64,000 nucleotides of DNA, taken from the IMG/VR virus record IMGVR_UViG_2883475777_000001; one strand, given 5' to 3'. The position numbers and the translations under genes were made by a program. This document shows, piece after piece, positions 46,294-56,199 of the stretch. The notes beneath the pieces are model-generated. The model had not been told where the DNA came from. It made no database searches and worked only from the letters and a program-made list of their open reading frames with translations. Source of the DNA: a virus (Duplodnaviria > Caudoviricetes). Each line of letters opens with the position of its first letter. The first letter of the stretch is position 1.

Positions 46294-46662
46294 CTAGGCG
46301 GGCACCTCCGTGACGATCATGCGGAACGGCAGGCCGTGCTTGATTTCCAGGACGTCGATCACGCCGTCCTGCAGCTCGTCGAAGAACGCGAACAACTCGA
46401 CGACCTTCTGCTTGAGAAGGAAGTCCTCTGCGGCGACTTCGGGGCGGGGGCCGTTGTCGCCGCCGAACTTGTGCTCGCGGACGATCACGGGGCAAGGGTC
46501 AAGAATCGGCTCACCGCCGGCGATCGACAGATGTTCGATCCGGCCGAAGTTGACGCTCTGCATCAACTCCAGCAAGCGGGAACGGCAGGCAGAGAGATCC
46601 TGCTTAGAACGGTGCGGGGACTTGTCGCGCCCCCCGCCGGGCGCTGGCGCGGATACAACCAT
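46294..46662 (-). CDS. Hypothetical protein
   Basis: LLELMQSVNFGRIEHL...LEIKHGLPF; start uncertain. Confidence 0.65.
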   Translation of the reverse strand: MVVSAPAPGGGRDKSPHRSKQDLSACRSRLLELMQSVNFGRIEHLSIAGGEPILDPCPVIVREHKFGGDNGPRPEVAAEDFLLKQKVVELFAFFDELQDGVIDVLEIKHGLPFRMIVTEVPA

Positions 46663-46740
46663 AGCACTTCTCCTCGTGTAAAGTCGGAATCACCGGGGCG
46701 GTGATCCTCACGAGGGAAGTGTCGCTAGATTGGTTGATTT

Positions 46741-46773
46741 AATCGGTGCGCAAACGGTGCCTAAACGGTTGCG
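46741..46773. repeat. Three tandem 11-bp repeats (AA[T/A]CGGT core)
   Basis: aatcggtgcgc / aaacggtgcct / aaacggttgcg, upstream of the sigma/replication operon. Confidence 0.6.
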
Positions 46774-46781
46774 GAGTTTCC

Positions 46782-47675
46782 TTAGTGGTCCCGAAGTTTG
46801 GATGCACGCGAATTACCTTTGTCAGTCAGCCAGCAGCCTCCTCCACGGCCGGTTTTGCTGTTGATCAACTCTCGCGTCTTGAGGTCCGACATAACGCCTT
46901 TTAGCGCATTCGGGTCTGTGCCCTCACCCAAGGCTTTGATTGCGATCTCGTCGGTTGGCTTCCTGCGATCCGAATCGACCGCATCCAGTTCAAGCATCGC
47001 GATGAGCACGAGTTGTGCGCGATCGGCAAGCGGCTCATCGCCGGCTGGCGACACAGATTCCAGCTCCGCTGGCGACTGAAACTTCTGTGGATCGATGGCC
47101 CACCGCCGCAGCCGGACGAATGGAACAAGAACGCGACCCACCGTTGGGCAGGAAATGTACGCGCGCAGTTCCGAGGCGGATGGGGACTTGATGTACTCAA
47201 CGCTCTCGACGTGATCGTGACCGCAAGCGTCGCAGGCGATTGATTTGGCCGCCTCAATCGATATGAGTGTTCCGTCGGCCACGAATTCCTCCACCAGCCC
47301 ATCCGGCCAGGTGGATACTTCATCGGCGTCGATGACCGGCGAGTCCGCGCGAATACGGTCACCAAGCGACAAGAGAATACTGGCTCTATCGGGTTGGCCT
47401 CCGTTTGCGCCAAGCCCGGATTTGTCCACCGCAAATCGCATCCAAGGCAGCCGCTGTTCCATATCGAGCGCTCGCCAATCTTCCAGCGACAGGCCGCGAG
47501 TATGATTCAACACCGACGCGGCCAACGCCGATTCTTCCGCGTCGGAAAGCAGGCCGATGTTGTGGGGATAGTTGCGATCGCATTCCGGCAAGGGGAGCGG
47601 AAAGTCCTCTCGACCAAGGAGGCGTGCCGCGAGATCGTGGTACAGGTCGAATGGAGTCATGTTGAAAAAGTGCAT
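46782..47675 (-). CDS. Hypothetical protein with CxxC and C-terminal winged-helix
   Basis: ACDACGH; C-terminal TDEIA...LKTRELINSKTGRGGGCWL. Confidence 0.7.
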   Translation of the reverse strand: MHFFNMTPFDLYHDLAARLLGREDFPLPLPECDRNYPHNIGLLSDAEESALAASVLNHTRGLSLEDWRALDMEQRLPWMRFAVDKSGLGANGGQPDRASILLSLGDRIRADSPVIDADEVSTWPDGLVEEFVADGTLISIEAAKSIACDACGHDHVESVEYIKSPSASELRAYISCPTVGRVLVPFVRLRRWAIDPQKFQSPAELESVSPAGDEPLADRAQLVLIAMLELDAVDSDRRKPTDEIAIKALGEGTDPNALKGVMSDLKTRELINSKTGRGGGCWLTDKGNSRASKLRDH

Positions 47676-47679
47676 CCGA

Positions 47680-48873
47680 TCATGCGCGGTCGATTCCCCA
47701 CCGACGAAGATACTTCTCGCCGATCAACCGCAGATCTTCTTTGCGACAGCTCTTGAGGTTGCTGGTGTTCGGGTGGGACACTTCGAAAGTCAACGTTTGC
47801 TGACGCCCTTGCCCAGTGTGGACAAAGCGAAAATGGAACTGCGCGAGCGTGATGTTGAAGAGGGCGTCCGGCATGTTGTGGCGATTAAGGCACTCGTCCA
47901 ACATATTGTAAATGGCACTGGGGCCGCCGTCGGGGTCAGCCTCAAGCGTGATTCTACGCTTGGCCCCGCCCAACACTGACAGTCGCAATTTGCGAACCTG
48001 AACTTCTTCGATGCCGTCGCCGGGGTCGGTGTCGAGTGCGGTCTGCAGAAAGTCCCGTGACTTGAGGCCATTCAATTCATAGGGATGGCCGAGCGGCGAC
48101 TCCGGCGGCAATTCCTGATGTAGGAGCGTGCGGCAGAAGATGGTTTGCAGCGACTCTTGCACCACCTTACCGCCCTGCGCGAAGACGTCGAGCGTTCCGT
48201 CGACCGGATCGAAGAGGAAGACAATCTCAAAGGCCGGCCGCTGCGGGCGTCGCACGAATTGCCCGTGCTCGTCGTGCCCAAGATAGGTGTCGGCATAATT
48301 GTCTGGATAGGCGAAGAAGTAGTGGTAGCGATCCACTCGCAAGTAAGTGTCGACGGTGCAGCGGTGCCCGCGTCCCTCGTTCTGCCTGAAATACGCGGAG
48401 ATCGCATCGCGGAACTGATCAAGCGCTGCCAGCGACACATCCGGCTGCTGGAGCGGCATGTTGCCACGGTGCCGCCAATAGCGACGTGAAAGAGAATGTG
48501 CGTGGTGGATCGTTCCGGCAACTTGAAACACCCGCGGATGCGTGATCGCGACATGCATCGCCTTGTCGCGGAAATTGCCGAGCGCGTCCAATTCCGTGGC
48601 AAGATCAAGACCGTGGAATAGGCCTTCGTCGATGAGAGTCTTGACGCCTTCCTCGGAGGCCAGCGCCTCGGCTTCCTCGAACGTCCGCTCAATCTCAAGA
48701 CGTTGTGATTCGGGCAGGTTCTGCCAACCGTCGTAAACACATTCGATGTCGTGGTTGGCGAGATCCGCCCAAGGCAGTTCCTGTAGGACACCCAGGTCGC
48801 CAAAGCAGGCCTGCAGAATTTCATTCGAAGTCTGGCGCAGAAACGTTCTGGGCGTAAAATGAATAGTAGCCAT
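47680..48873 (-). CDS. Hypothetical protein (397 aa)
   Basis: Long ORF with AAAGGAG RBS; no recognised family. Confidence 0.75.
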   Translation of the reverse strand: MATIHFTPRTFLRQTSNEILQACFGDLGVLQELPWADLANHDIECVYDGWQNLPESQRLEIERTFEEAEALASEEGVKTLIDEGLFHGLDLATELDALGNFRDKAMHVAITHPRVFQVAGTIHHAHSLSRRYWRHRGNMPLQQPDVSLAALDQFRDAISAYFRQNEGRGHRCTVDTYLRVDRYHYFFAYPDNYADTYLGHDEHGQFVRRPQRPAFEIVFLFDPVDGTLDVFAQGGKVVQESLQTIFCRTLLHQELPPESPLGHPYELNGLKSRDFLQTALDTDPGDGIEEVQVRKLRLSVLGGAKRRITLEADPDGGPSAIYNMLDECLNRHNMPDALFNITLAQFHFRFVHTGQGRQQTLTFEVSHPNTSNLKSCRKEDLRLIGEKYLRRWGIDRA

Positions 48874-49021
48874 TTTTCACTCCTTTGCCTGTGGCTCTAG
48901 GAAGTAAACTGCCGCCAAGTCTCAAATCGGTCTTGATTTGACAAGGGCCGGGCGAGCATCCGCGTACACTGAACAGTAAACACTGATTCTACAAAAAAAT
49001 GCTTTCTCGCATAGTGGGTAT

Positions 49022-49777
49022 TTAGAACAGCAAATTCTCTTTTTCACGCAGTAGGAGCTTCATGCCCTCCAGACGTATCCGCATCGCGTCGGGCGATACC
49101 TCAAACGTCGCGGCCAGCGGCCGACTGGCATGCTCCAGCAGCATGTTGGCTTCGGCATTGTCGCCCGATTTGAACCCGCCGCGTCGTAAAACCTCGGCCG
49201 TCAGAATCTGTTGGCGTTTGGCCTGCAGATCGTCGAGGTAGATCGGGTCCATACTGCCACGCCATTCGTGCCAGGCACGTTTGACCATCTCGCGCGGCAT
49301 CAACAGGCATGAGGCGAATCGGTTGGCTTGGTACTCGATCGGTTCCGTATCGCTCGATCGGCAGATGTATTCGGGCCGCTCGACGTTGTCCGGCAGCAAA
49401 GTCAGCTGATTGGCCCTCCGCAGGAAGAGGTGTCGATGCAAACGCCAATGGCCAGCTTCATGGGCCAACGTGAAATGGTAACGCCCGAGCATCGAGGGAT
49501 TGTCGGTCGGTTCCAGTCGATGGTCGATGCCGACTCGGCGATCATTGACCCACAACGCGCCGTGGACATCGCTGACGCCGAAGAGCTGCTGCATGTCGTC
49601 GAATGTGAGGTGGAGTTGTAGATACAGCTCGACAATCTCGTCGATGGGAATCGGGGGCGCGGTGACCTGGCCGTGCTGGTTGCCGTATTCCGCAAGCAGC
49701 AGCGCAGCTTCGTCCTCGAACTCTTGGTCCTTCATGAACCGCAACTTCGGGCCGGGTTTCGATACGCGTTTGGCCAT
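49022..49777 (-). CDS. ImmA/IrrE-family metallopeptidase
   Basis: RYHFTLAHEAGH, EYQANRFASCLLMP. Confidence 0.9.
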   Translation of the reverse strand: MAKRVSKPGPKLRFMKDQEFEDEAALLLAEYGNQHGQVTAPPIPIDEIVELYLQLHLTFDDMQQLFGVSDVHGALWVNDRRVGIDHRLEPTDNPSMLGRYHFTLAHEAGHWRLHRHLFLRRANQLTLLPDNVERPEYICRSSDTEPIEYQANRFASCLLMPREMVKRAWHEWRGSMDPIYLDDLQAKRQQILTAEVLRRGGFKSGDNAEANMLLEHASRPLAATFEVSPDAMRIRLEGMKLLLREKENLLF

Positions 49778-49780
49778 AAT

Positions 49781-50161
49781 CTACGTCTCCTCGTCTCTAC
49801 CTTCTTCCTTCATGCGTTCAGCATCTTCGCGTAGCCGGCGTAGCTGATCGCCTGTCAAACCTCGCACGGCGCGAAGCAGGTCGGGTACCTCAGTCGGCGA
49901 TTCGTGAATAATAGCAGGCAGGTCCTCCGTTAATCGCCCCGCCAACGCTGTCCACTCGTCCACACTCTCTTCGAGGATTTCCGCCATCCGCTTTACGCGA
50001 TCGGCGGTCGGCGGATCGACGTTCATCTGCTCAACCTGCGAGAGGTACGTCGGGCTGACGCCTACCAACTGGGCGAACTTCCGCAGGCTGTAGCCCTTCT
50101 CGATTCGTTTTTCGCGAAGCAATTGCCCGAACGGTTTTTGCTTTGGTTTCTTCTTGGCCAT
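49781..50161 (-). CDS. XRE-family HTH repressor
   Basis: FGQLLREKR...SLRKFAQLVGVSPTYLSQVE. Confidence 0.9.
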   Translation of the reverse strand: MAKKKPKQKPFGQLLREKRIEKGYSLRKFAQLVGVSPTYLSQVEQMNVDPPTADRVKRMAEILEESVDEWTALAGRLTEDLPAIIHESPTEVPDLLRAVRGLTGDQLRRLREDAERMKEEGRDEET

Positions 50162-50162
50162 T

Positions 50163-51320
50163 CTACAGTTCCCCTCGGAATGCACGGTCAAGAATTGACG
50201 GGAGCAGTGCATCTAACTGTGCTGACTGATCGTGCAGCGATTGTAGCTCGCTCATCTTTCGGCGAACGTTGCGAAGTTTGACCTGAGCTTCGTTGGACGG
50301 CAGCGGGAGTTCATAGTTCAAGAAGTCCTTAGGGTTCAGTCGCTTGCGGCGAACATTGGTGCCGGTGCTGGCTCCACTGAGAAGCGGCCATACAGAGGGC
50401 GACCGGAAATACACATCCAGCACTTCAGGAAACACACGATCCTCGTTAATTGTGAATACGGGAAACTCGGGTGAGACAAAAAGCCCGTCGCAAGTGTTTG
50501 GGACAACGGCCAACGCGCCCTCCCAGGCCATCAACTTCGGGTAGACAAATTCTCCTTCGCGAATTTGTGTCAATCGCTTGTAGGCGAAGTCGTTTCCTGC
50601 CTTCACTTGACCGCGAAATACTCCGCGGCCGAAGCAGTAGACACCGGCGAAGTGATATGTCTTCGTGGGAACAACGTCCACGTCAGGCTTGCGCCAGGTC
50701 ACCAATTCGTGCATGGGTGTCAGCGTTGGCGGTCCGAACTGTTCATCTCTCAGAATAGCCCGACAAAGTTGATCGCATTCTTTATTTGCGCTTGTCCGCA
50801 GCGACTTGGCTTCACCAATCTTGTCTGCGATGCGGTCGATTTGCGCCACGATCGTCTCTTGTTGCGCAGGAGTAGGAAGTGGCACCTCAATGGTGAGAAA
50901 TTTCTCGGGACGAATGCGATTTTTCCCACTGCTCCCTTGGGAAAGTGCGTCACACTTTTGCCAAAGTTCGCGAGCCTTGGAATACCAATGAAGCCAGCGC
51001 GGCAAAACGCAATCACGACGACATTCAAATGTTGGAAACTCATTTGAACCGACGCATCCGGCGACCTCAGCGGGGACGACTGCGACGGACCCGTGACGAA
51101 CCCAAATCTTGTTGATGATCAAATCATCCTCTCGAACTTCATTCAGCGTCTTGACTGCGGTTTCACTGCCGTCGATCGTCTGACGCTCGTATGCGCCTTC
51201 GCCCCACCACTTCACCCCGAGAGTTCTGTAAGTCTCACCTGGAACAACGGATACGCTACGTTGCACAGGCGTTACGATTTCGGATAGCGCGACTAGTGGC
51301 CAACCGTTTGAAGTTGTCAT
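50163..51320 (-). CDS. hsdS: Type I R-M specificity subunit
   Basis: Two TRD-like halves separated by VPLPTPAQQETIV; C-terminal SILDRAFRGEL. Confidence 0.85.
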   Translation of the reverse strand: MTTSNGWPLVALSEIVTPVQRSVSVVPGETYRTLGVKWWGEGAYERQTIDGSETAVKTLNEVREDDLIINKIWVRHGSVAVVPAEVAGCVGSNEFPTFECRRDCVLPRWLHWYSKARELWQKCDALSQGSSGKNRIRPEKFLTIEVPLPTPAQQETIVAQIDRIADKIGEAKSLRTSANKECDQLCRAILRDEQFGPPTLTPMHELVTWRKPDVDVVPTKTYHFAGVYCFGRGVFRGQVKAGNDFAYKRLTQIREGEFVYPKLMAWEGALAVVPNTCDGLFVSPEFPVFTINEDRVFPEVLDVYFRSPSVWPLLSGASTGTNVRRKRLNPKDFLNYELPLPSNEAQVKLRNVRRKMSELQSLHDQSAQLDALLPSILDRAFRGEL

Positions 51321-52933
51321 ACTTTCGCCTCCGTGAGTTCAGACTTGATCTCTTCCATGATCTCAAGGATTCGACGCTCTTTCGCCAAGATGTCATCAGC
51401 TAGCTGCTGAGGAGGCAGATGTTCCATAGCCTCGGCGCTCTTCGGATTCTTGAGGTCGAGATTGCATGCTACGAGCGAATCGGACTCGTCGTACTCCAAT
51501 ACCTCGTCGGCGGATACGCGCCACGCGTAGTCGTTCTCGCGGCGGCGATTAAGCTGGAACCATCGGATGCAGTCCGTGAATTCGTCGAATTGAAGCGGCT
51601 TGGTCTTTGTGTAGTTGCGACGCCCCTCCGGCAATGGAACCTCGTAATACCAAATGTCTTTGGTCGGCCCCGACCTATCGAAGAACAGAAGGTTCGTCGG
51701 GATTGCGGTATAGGGGGCGAACACGCCGTTGGGCAGCCTCACGATCGTATGAAGATTGAACTCTTTGAGCAGTTCTTCTTTGATGCGAGCGCAAACGCCG
51801 TCGCCGAACAGCGTGCCATTGGGTACGACGATTGCTGCGCGGCCGCCCCGTTCCGACTTTGCAGTGGGTTTGCGTAGCTTACGCATGATGAGTTGCAAGA
51901 ATAGCAAGGCCGTTTCGCTGGTCCGTTTGTCGGCAGGGAAGTTCCCGCGAATGCCAGCTTCCTCCTCGCCACCGAATGGTGGATTCGTCAGGATCACGTC
52001 CACGCGGTCCTTCGGTCCCAACTCCGTAATCTTCACGGCCAAGCTGTTGCCATACTGAATGGCTGGCGCGTCAAGCCCGTGCAATAAAAGATTCATTTGC
52101 GACAGCATGTAGGGGAGCGGTTTGGCCTCGCCACCATGAATACTCCGCTGCTGAAGAACCTTGCGGTCCTGCGCCCGATTGCACTGTTTTTCCAAGTGGG
52201 CGAACGCTTCGGCCAAGAATCCACCGGTCCCACAGGCCGGGTCGAGCACGACCTCGCCGAGCTGTGGGTTCGTTACCGCCACCATGAATTGAATGACTGG
52301 GCGCGGTGTGTAGAACTCGCCGGAATCGCCGGCGGCGTCCCGCATCTCGCGGAGCATCGACTCGTATAGCCGAGCAAGCGTGTGAATCTCCTCGGATGAA
52401 TCGAAATGTATGCCGTCGACGAGGTTGACCACGTCCCGCATAAGGTAGCCGGAGATCATCCGATTGTTCACGCCCTCAAAAACCGTGGCAATCACGTCGC
52501 GCCGCCGATCGCCATTGGATGATCGCAGACCGCGCAAGTAGGCCAGTAGGCCAGCTCCTCGCTTGCCGTCGGGTCGAACGGCATCTTCCTGGTTCACGAA
52601 GGCGATCAGTTCGTCGCCAGTGATGCCGTCCTTCATCGCCGCCCAATCGCGCCAGCGGTATGGGGCTTCGACGGCCGACTTGTACTTTTTGCCAGCGATG
52701 CCCGCGCGGGCCTCTTCCAACCTTTCGCGGTCGTCGAGGAATTTCAGGAACATGATCCAGGTTAGCAAGGGGAGGCGATCCAAGTCGCCGTTGAGGCCCT
52801 TGTCTTTCCGCATGATGTCGCGCGCGGATTTGATGAGAGTAGACAATTGCTGTGCCGTTGTTTTTGGCTGTTCCGCCTTTTTGGGCTTCTTGCGTGTTGT
52901 CTTCTTAGCCGTCTTGGCCTTTTTCTTCGCCAT
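51317..52933 (-). CDS. hsdM: Type I R-M methyltransferase
   Basis: SGEFYTPR, DPACGTGGFL, TNPPFGG. Confidence 0.92.
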   Translation of the reverse strand: MAKKKAKTAKKTTRKKPKKAEQPKTTAQQLSTLIKSARDIMRKDKGLNGDLDRLPLLTWIMFLKFLDDRERLEEARAGIAGKKYKSAVEAPYRWRDWAAMKDGITGDELIAFVNQEDAVRPDGKRGAGLLAYLRGLRSSNGDRRRDVIATVFEGVNNRMISGYLMRDVVNLVDGIHFDSSEEIHTLARLYESMLREMRDAAGDSGEFYTPRPVIQFMVAVTNPQLGEVVLDPACGTGGFLAEAFAHLEKQCNRAQDRKVLQQRSIHGGEAKPLPYMLSQMNLLLHGLDAPAIQYGNSLAVKITELGPKDRVDVILTNPPFGGEEEAGIRGNFPADKRTSETALLFLQLIMRKLRKPTAKSERGGRAAIVVPNGTLFGDGVCARIKEELLKEFNLHTIVRLPNGVFAPYTAIPTNLLFFDRSGPTKDIWYYEVPLPEGRRNYTKTKPLQFDEFTDCIRWFQLNRRRENDYAWRVSADEVLEYDESDSLVACNLDLKNPKSAEAMEHLPPQQLADDILAKERRILEIMEEIKSELTEAKV

Positions 52934-52937
52934 GTGT

Positions 52938-53692
52938 TCAGTTCGCCTTACTATTCCAATGGTCCCATAGTCCGTCGTCGGCTCTTCCAGTCGCCCCCTT
53001 GGGTCGGCGACCTTCCCAAATCATTACAGCGAGCTTCTCGACAGCCCCTGCATGCTTTGGGTCCCAGCCCAAGCGAATCAGTTGCTGGCGAATCAACTCT
53101 GGCGTCACGCCCTCCTGCTTGTGGTAGAGCGTTTCCAAGGTTCGGATCGCACTCGCGCGATCGCTCGGATGCCAATGCCTGTATTGAGATTCACTCCATG
53201 AGTAAGCGAGTCGAGAGCGATGAATGCTGCACCTGTGGTCGGCTCCGATTGCTGCGTCTCAGGAGCAGCGTCCTGACCAAGCTCTGTTGCATGCCAAGTT
53301 TGAACCCACTGGTCACAGTCGCCGTCGCTCCAGGGAACATACAAAACAGAGGCGTTCCCCGAGATGCCGTCGACCACATCCAACAATTCTTGGCCACCAT
53401 ATATCGCAAGAATCGGACCGTCGAAGTTGTAAGTCTTGTTTCCCCTCAAGGTCATCAGTTGCAGCGTTATGCCCTGAACGGTTGCCGTGCCACTTTTTCG
53501 CAATTGATTGAACAGTCCTGCGATCTCAGTCCAATTGGCGATGTTCTCAAGGTTGCCTTTCGTCGACACGGCGACAATGCCGACGTTGCCAGCCTGTTTT
53601 GCCTCAGCCAGTAGCCACTGGACGCCGCGAATTACCGCTTGGTCTTTTGGACCCGTTGAAGAAATGAAGTGAGAGTTGCCCTTGCGAGTCAT
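52938..53692 (-). pseudogene. Frameshifted hypothetical gene (about 251 aa if repaired) between hsdR and hsdM
   Basis: One extra base near 53171 joins track ORF 53105-53692 (...VNLNTGIG) to the frame reading HPSDRASAIRTLETLYHK..., which ends at 52938. Confidence 0.6.
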
Positions 53693-53705
53693 GAGATTTC
53701 CTCAA

Positions 53706-56081
53706 TTATGCCGCTGCGTACAAAAGAGTCTGAAGCTGAATCACTGCCTGACGAAGTTGCTCAACACCGCCGAAGCGGCTGGCGATTTCGATCACGTTGC
53801 CGTGGGCGCTGATGGGTGGAATCTCCAGGACGTCGGGGATGACGAATTGGGCGGTGCCGTGCTCGGTGTACTTGTCGAGCAACTCATCGAGGATCTCCTT
53901 CGCGTCCGGTCCGAACTGGTCGAAGAAATCGGTGCGGTCGGTGCGCAGCCGTTGGGCTCGTTCGCGCCGGGTGCGCAGCGGCGCGTTGAACGCCAAGTGA
54001 CAGATCAGGTCGAGCGGGTCGGCGTCGGGCTGATTCGCTGTCTCGGCCAGGTGGTCGAAGTCGATGCCACGGTCTTCGAGCCGCTCGATGATGTCGCTGC
54101 GTTTCTCCGGGTCGGCCCATTCGTCCCGCAACTCGGCGGCGTTGCGAAAGAGCGTGCGGACCTTGTCCGCGGTGTAATCGGTGAATTGAATGACACGCAA
54201 CTGGTTACCATCTGGATCGAGTTCGTACACAAGGTGGGCCGCAATCTCGACTTGCCCACCGTCGAAGTAGAACTTGCGACGTGGGTCGTCGGGACCGTCG
54301 GGCGGCAGCGGCTCGGGACCGTCATCGTCCTCCTCTGATTCCTCCTCCGGTGTGACCACCGTTTCTTCCTCGACGGGCTCGCCGTCCTCGTCGATGGTCT
54401 GTTCGGTTTCAATGGTCGGGTCGCCATCGAAGTCGGGGTCCGCAAATAACCGCGTCGCCGAACCGGTATAATCCAAGATGCTGAAAAACAATTTCCCGTA
54501 ATCGTCGCGAACTCGTGTGCCGCGCCCGATGATCTGCTTGAATTCGGTCATCGAGTTGATGACCCGCAGCAACACAATGTTTTGCACGGTCGGCGCGTCC
54601 ACGCCGGTGGTCAGGAGCTGTGACGTGGTAAGGATCACCGGCGTGCGCCGCTCCAGGTCCTGAAAGTTGCTGAGGTGACCGCGGCCAATGTCACCCTCGT
54701 CCGACGTGACGCGGCAGACGTAATCGGGATTGTCGCGGACGAGATCGGCGTTGAGATTGTTCAGCGACCGCCGCATTTCGTCGGCGTGTTCCTGGTCAAC
54801 GCAGAACACAATTGTCTTGGCGAACCGATCGGTTCGACGCATGTACTCGGTCAGATGGTGCGCGACAGCTTCGGTCCTGGCCCGCAGAGAAACGATTCGT
54901 TCGAATTCGCCGGTGTGGTATTCCCCATCGGGGATCTGACGGCCGTAACGATCCAGATCGCCCTGGCTCGGCCGCCAACCCGCAGCGTCCCAGGTTGTCA
55001 CGACGCGGTGGACGCGATAAGGAGCGAGAAACCCGTCGTCGATCCCTTGCCGCAGGCTGTACGTGTAAATCGAATCGCCGAAGTAGTCGTAGGTGTCCGC
55101 ATTGTCTTCGCGGCGTGGCGTCGCGGTCATGCCGATCTGGATTGCGGGCTGGAAGTAATCCAATATCTCCCGCCAGTTGCTGTCATCGCGTGCGCTGCCT
55201 CGGTGACATTCGTCCACAACAATCAGATCGAAGAAATCGGGCGCGAACTCACGGTAGAGGCCTGGCCGATTCGCGTCGCGTGCAATCGACTGGTAGATGG
55301 CGAAGTACATTTCCCTGCTTTGCACTGCGCGGCCGCCCGCGATCTTCCAACGCGCGTCGCCAAACGGCGCAAAGTCCTTTGCCATCGGATCGTCGACGAG
55401 GATGTTGCGGTCGGCGAGGAACAGAATGCGAGGTCGGCGGTGCTCGCCCGTGCGGTTCCAGCGAGAGTTCCAGAGCTTCCAACAGATCTGAAACGCCACG
55501 ACCGTCTTGCCCGTACCCGTCGCCATCGTGAGTAGGATACGCGGATCGCCCTGCGCCACGGCCTGCACAGCGCGGTTGATGGCGATTTCCTGGTAGTAGC
55601 GGGGCGACTTGCCACTCAGATGATACGTGGGCGAAAGCACTCGCTCGGCAGCGTCGGTCGTAAGGGACTGATCCGTCGTGAGTCGCGTCCAAAGCTCCTC
55701 GGGCGTTGGGAACGCGGCGATCTCCCTTTCTAAGCCGGTTGTGTAGTCGAACTCGATGATGCCGTGGCCGTTCGTGGCGTAGGCGAACTTGAGGCCGAGG
55801 ATTTCGGCGTAATCCTTGGCCTGCTGAAGGCCTTCGCCAGGCGTGGCGTAGGTTGGTTTGGCCTCAACTACCGCGATCGCAAAGTCGGGGCGGTAGCGGA
55901 GAATGTAGTCGGCCCGCTTTCCAGGTCGCCGGCGACTGCGCCGACCGGCAACGATGATTCGCCCGTCGGTGAATGTCACCTGCTCGTTGATTCGGTACGG
56001 ATCGTTATCCCACCCAGCGGTTTGGAGTCGCGGGACAACGTATCGTCGGCAAGTATCGGCTTCGTTGGGCATGGCTTCCAC
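53706..56081 (-). CDS. hsdR: Type I restriction subunit R (EcoEI-like)
   Basis: RADYIL...VVEAK nuclease motif, MATGTGKT, VDECHRG, KQIIGRGTR. Confidence 0.92.
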   Translation of the reverse strand: MEAMPNEADTCRRYVVPRLQTAGWDNDPYRINEQVTFTDGRIIVAGRRSRRRPGKRADYILRYRPDFAIAVVEAKPTYATPGEGLQQAKDYAEILGLKFAYATNGHGIIEFDYTTGLEREIAAFPTPEELWTRLTTDQSLTTDAAERVLSPTYHLSGKSPRYYQEIAINRAVQAVAQGDPRILLTMATGTGKTVVAFQICWKLWNSRWNRTGEHRRPRILFLADRNILVDDPMAKDFAPFGDARWKIAGGRAVQSREMYFAIYQSIARDANRPGLYREFAPDFFDLIVVDECHRGSARDDSNWREILDYFQPAIQIGMTATPRREDNADTYDYFGDSIYTYSLRQGIDDGFLAPYRVHRVVTTWDAAGWRPSQGDLDRYGRQIPDGEYHTGEFERIVSLRARTEAVAHHLTEYMRRTDRFAKTIVFCVDQEHADEMRRSLNNLNADLVRDNPDYVCRVTSDEGDIGRGHLSNFQDLERRTPVILTTSQLLTTGVDAPTVQNIVLLRVINSMTEFKQIIGRGTRVRDDYGKLFFSILDYTGSATRLFADPDFDGDPTIETEQTIDEDGEPVEEETVVTPEEESEEDDDGPEPLPPDGPDDPRRKFYFDGGQVEIAAHLVYELDPDGNQLRVIQFTDYTADKVRTLFRNAAELRDEWADPEKRSDIIERLEDRGIDFDHLAETANQPDADPLDLICHLAFNAPLRTRRERAQRLRTDRTDFFDQFGPDAKEILDELLDKYTEHGTAQFVIPDVLEIPPISAHGNVIEIASRFGGVEQLRQAVIQLQTLLYAAA

Positions 56082-56199
56082 CTACGGACGGCCGCATCGA
56101 GATAAATCGATACGCCGCGAGGCTGTTCCCGTAAACTAAACACCGCACAATCCAGTGATCTTACATGATCTTCGCTGAGCACGACAGTATTGGGCAGAA

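Larger units (their letters stand above)
2892..50161 (-). mobile_element. Prophage (long-tailed, lambda-type packaging); boundaries not determined
   Basis: Co-oriented replication, terminase, gpW, portal, capsid, tail tube and tape measure genes; XRE/ImmA pair at the right. No att ends identified for this element. Confidence 0.85.

Noticed and set aside
48938-48970. Sigma70 promoter TTGACA...TACACT on the + strand
   Set aside because: Spacer is 21 bp and it points antisense into the immA-like gene; unsupported.
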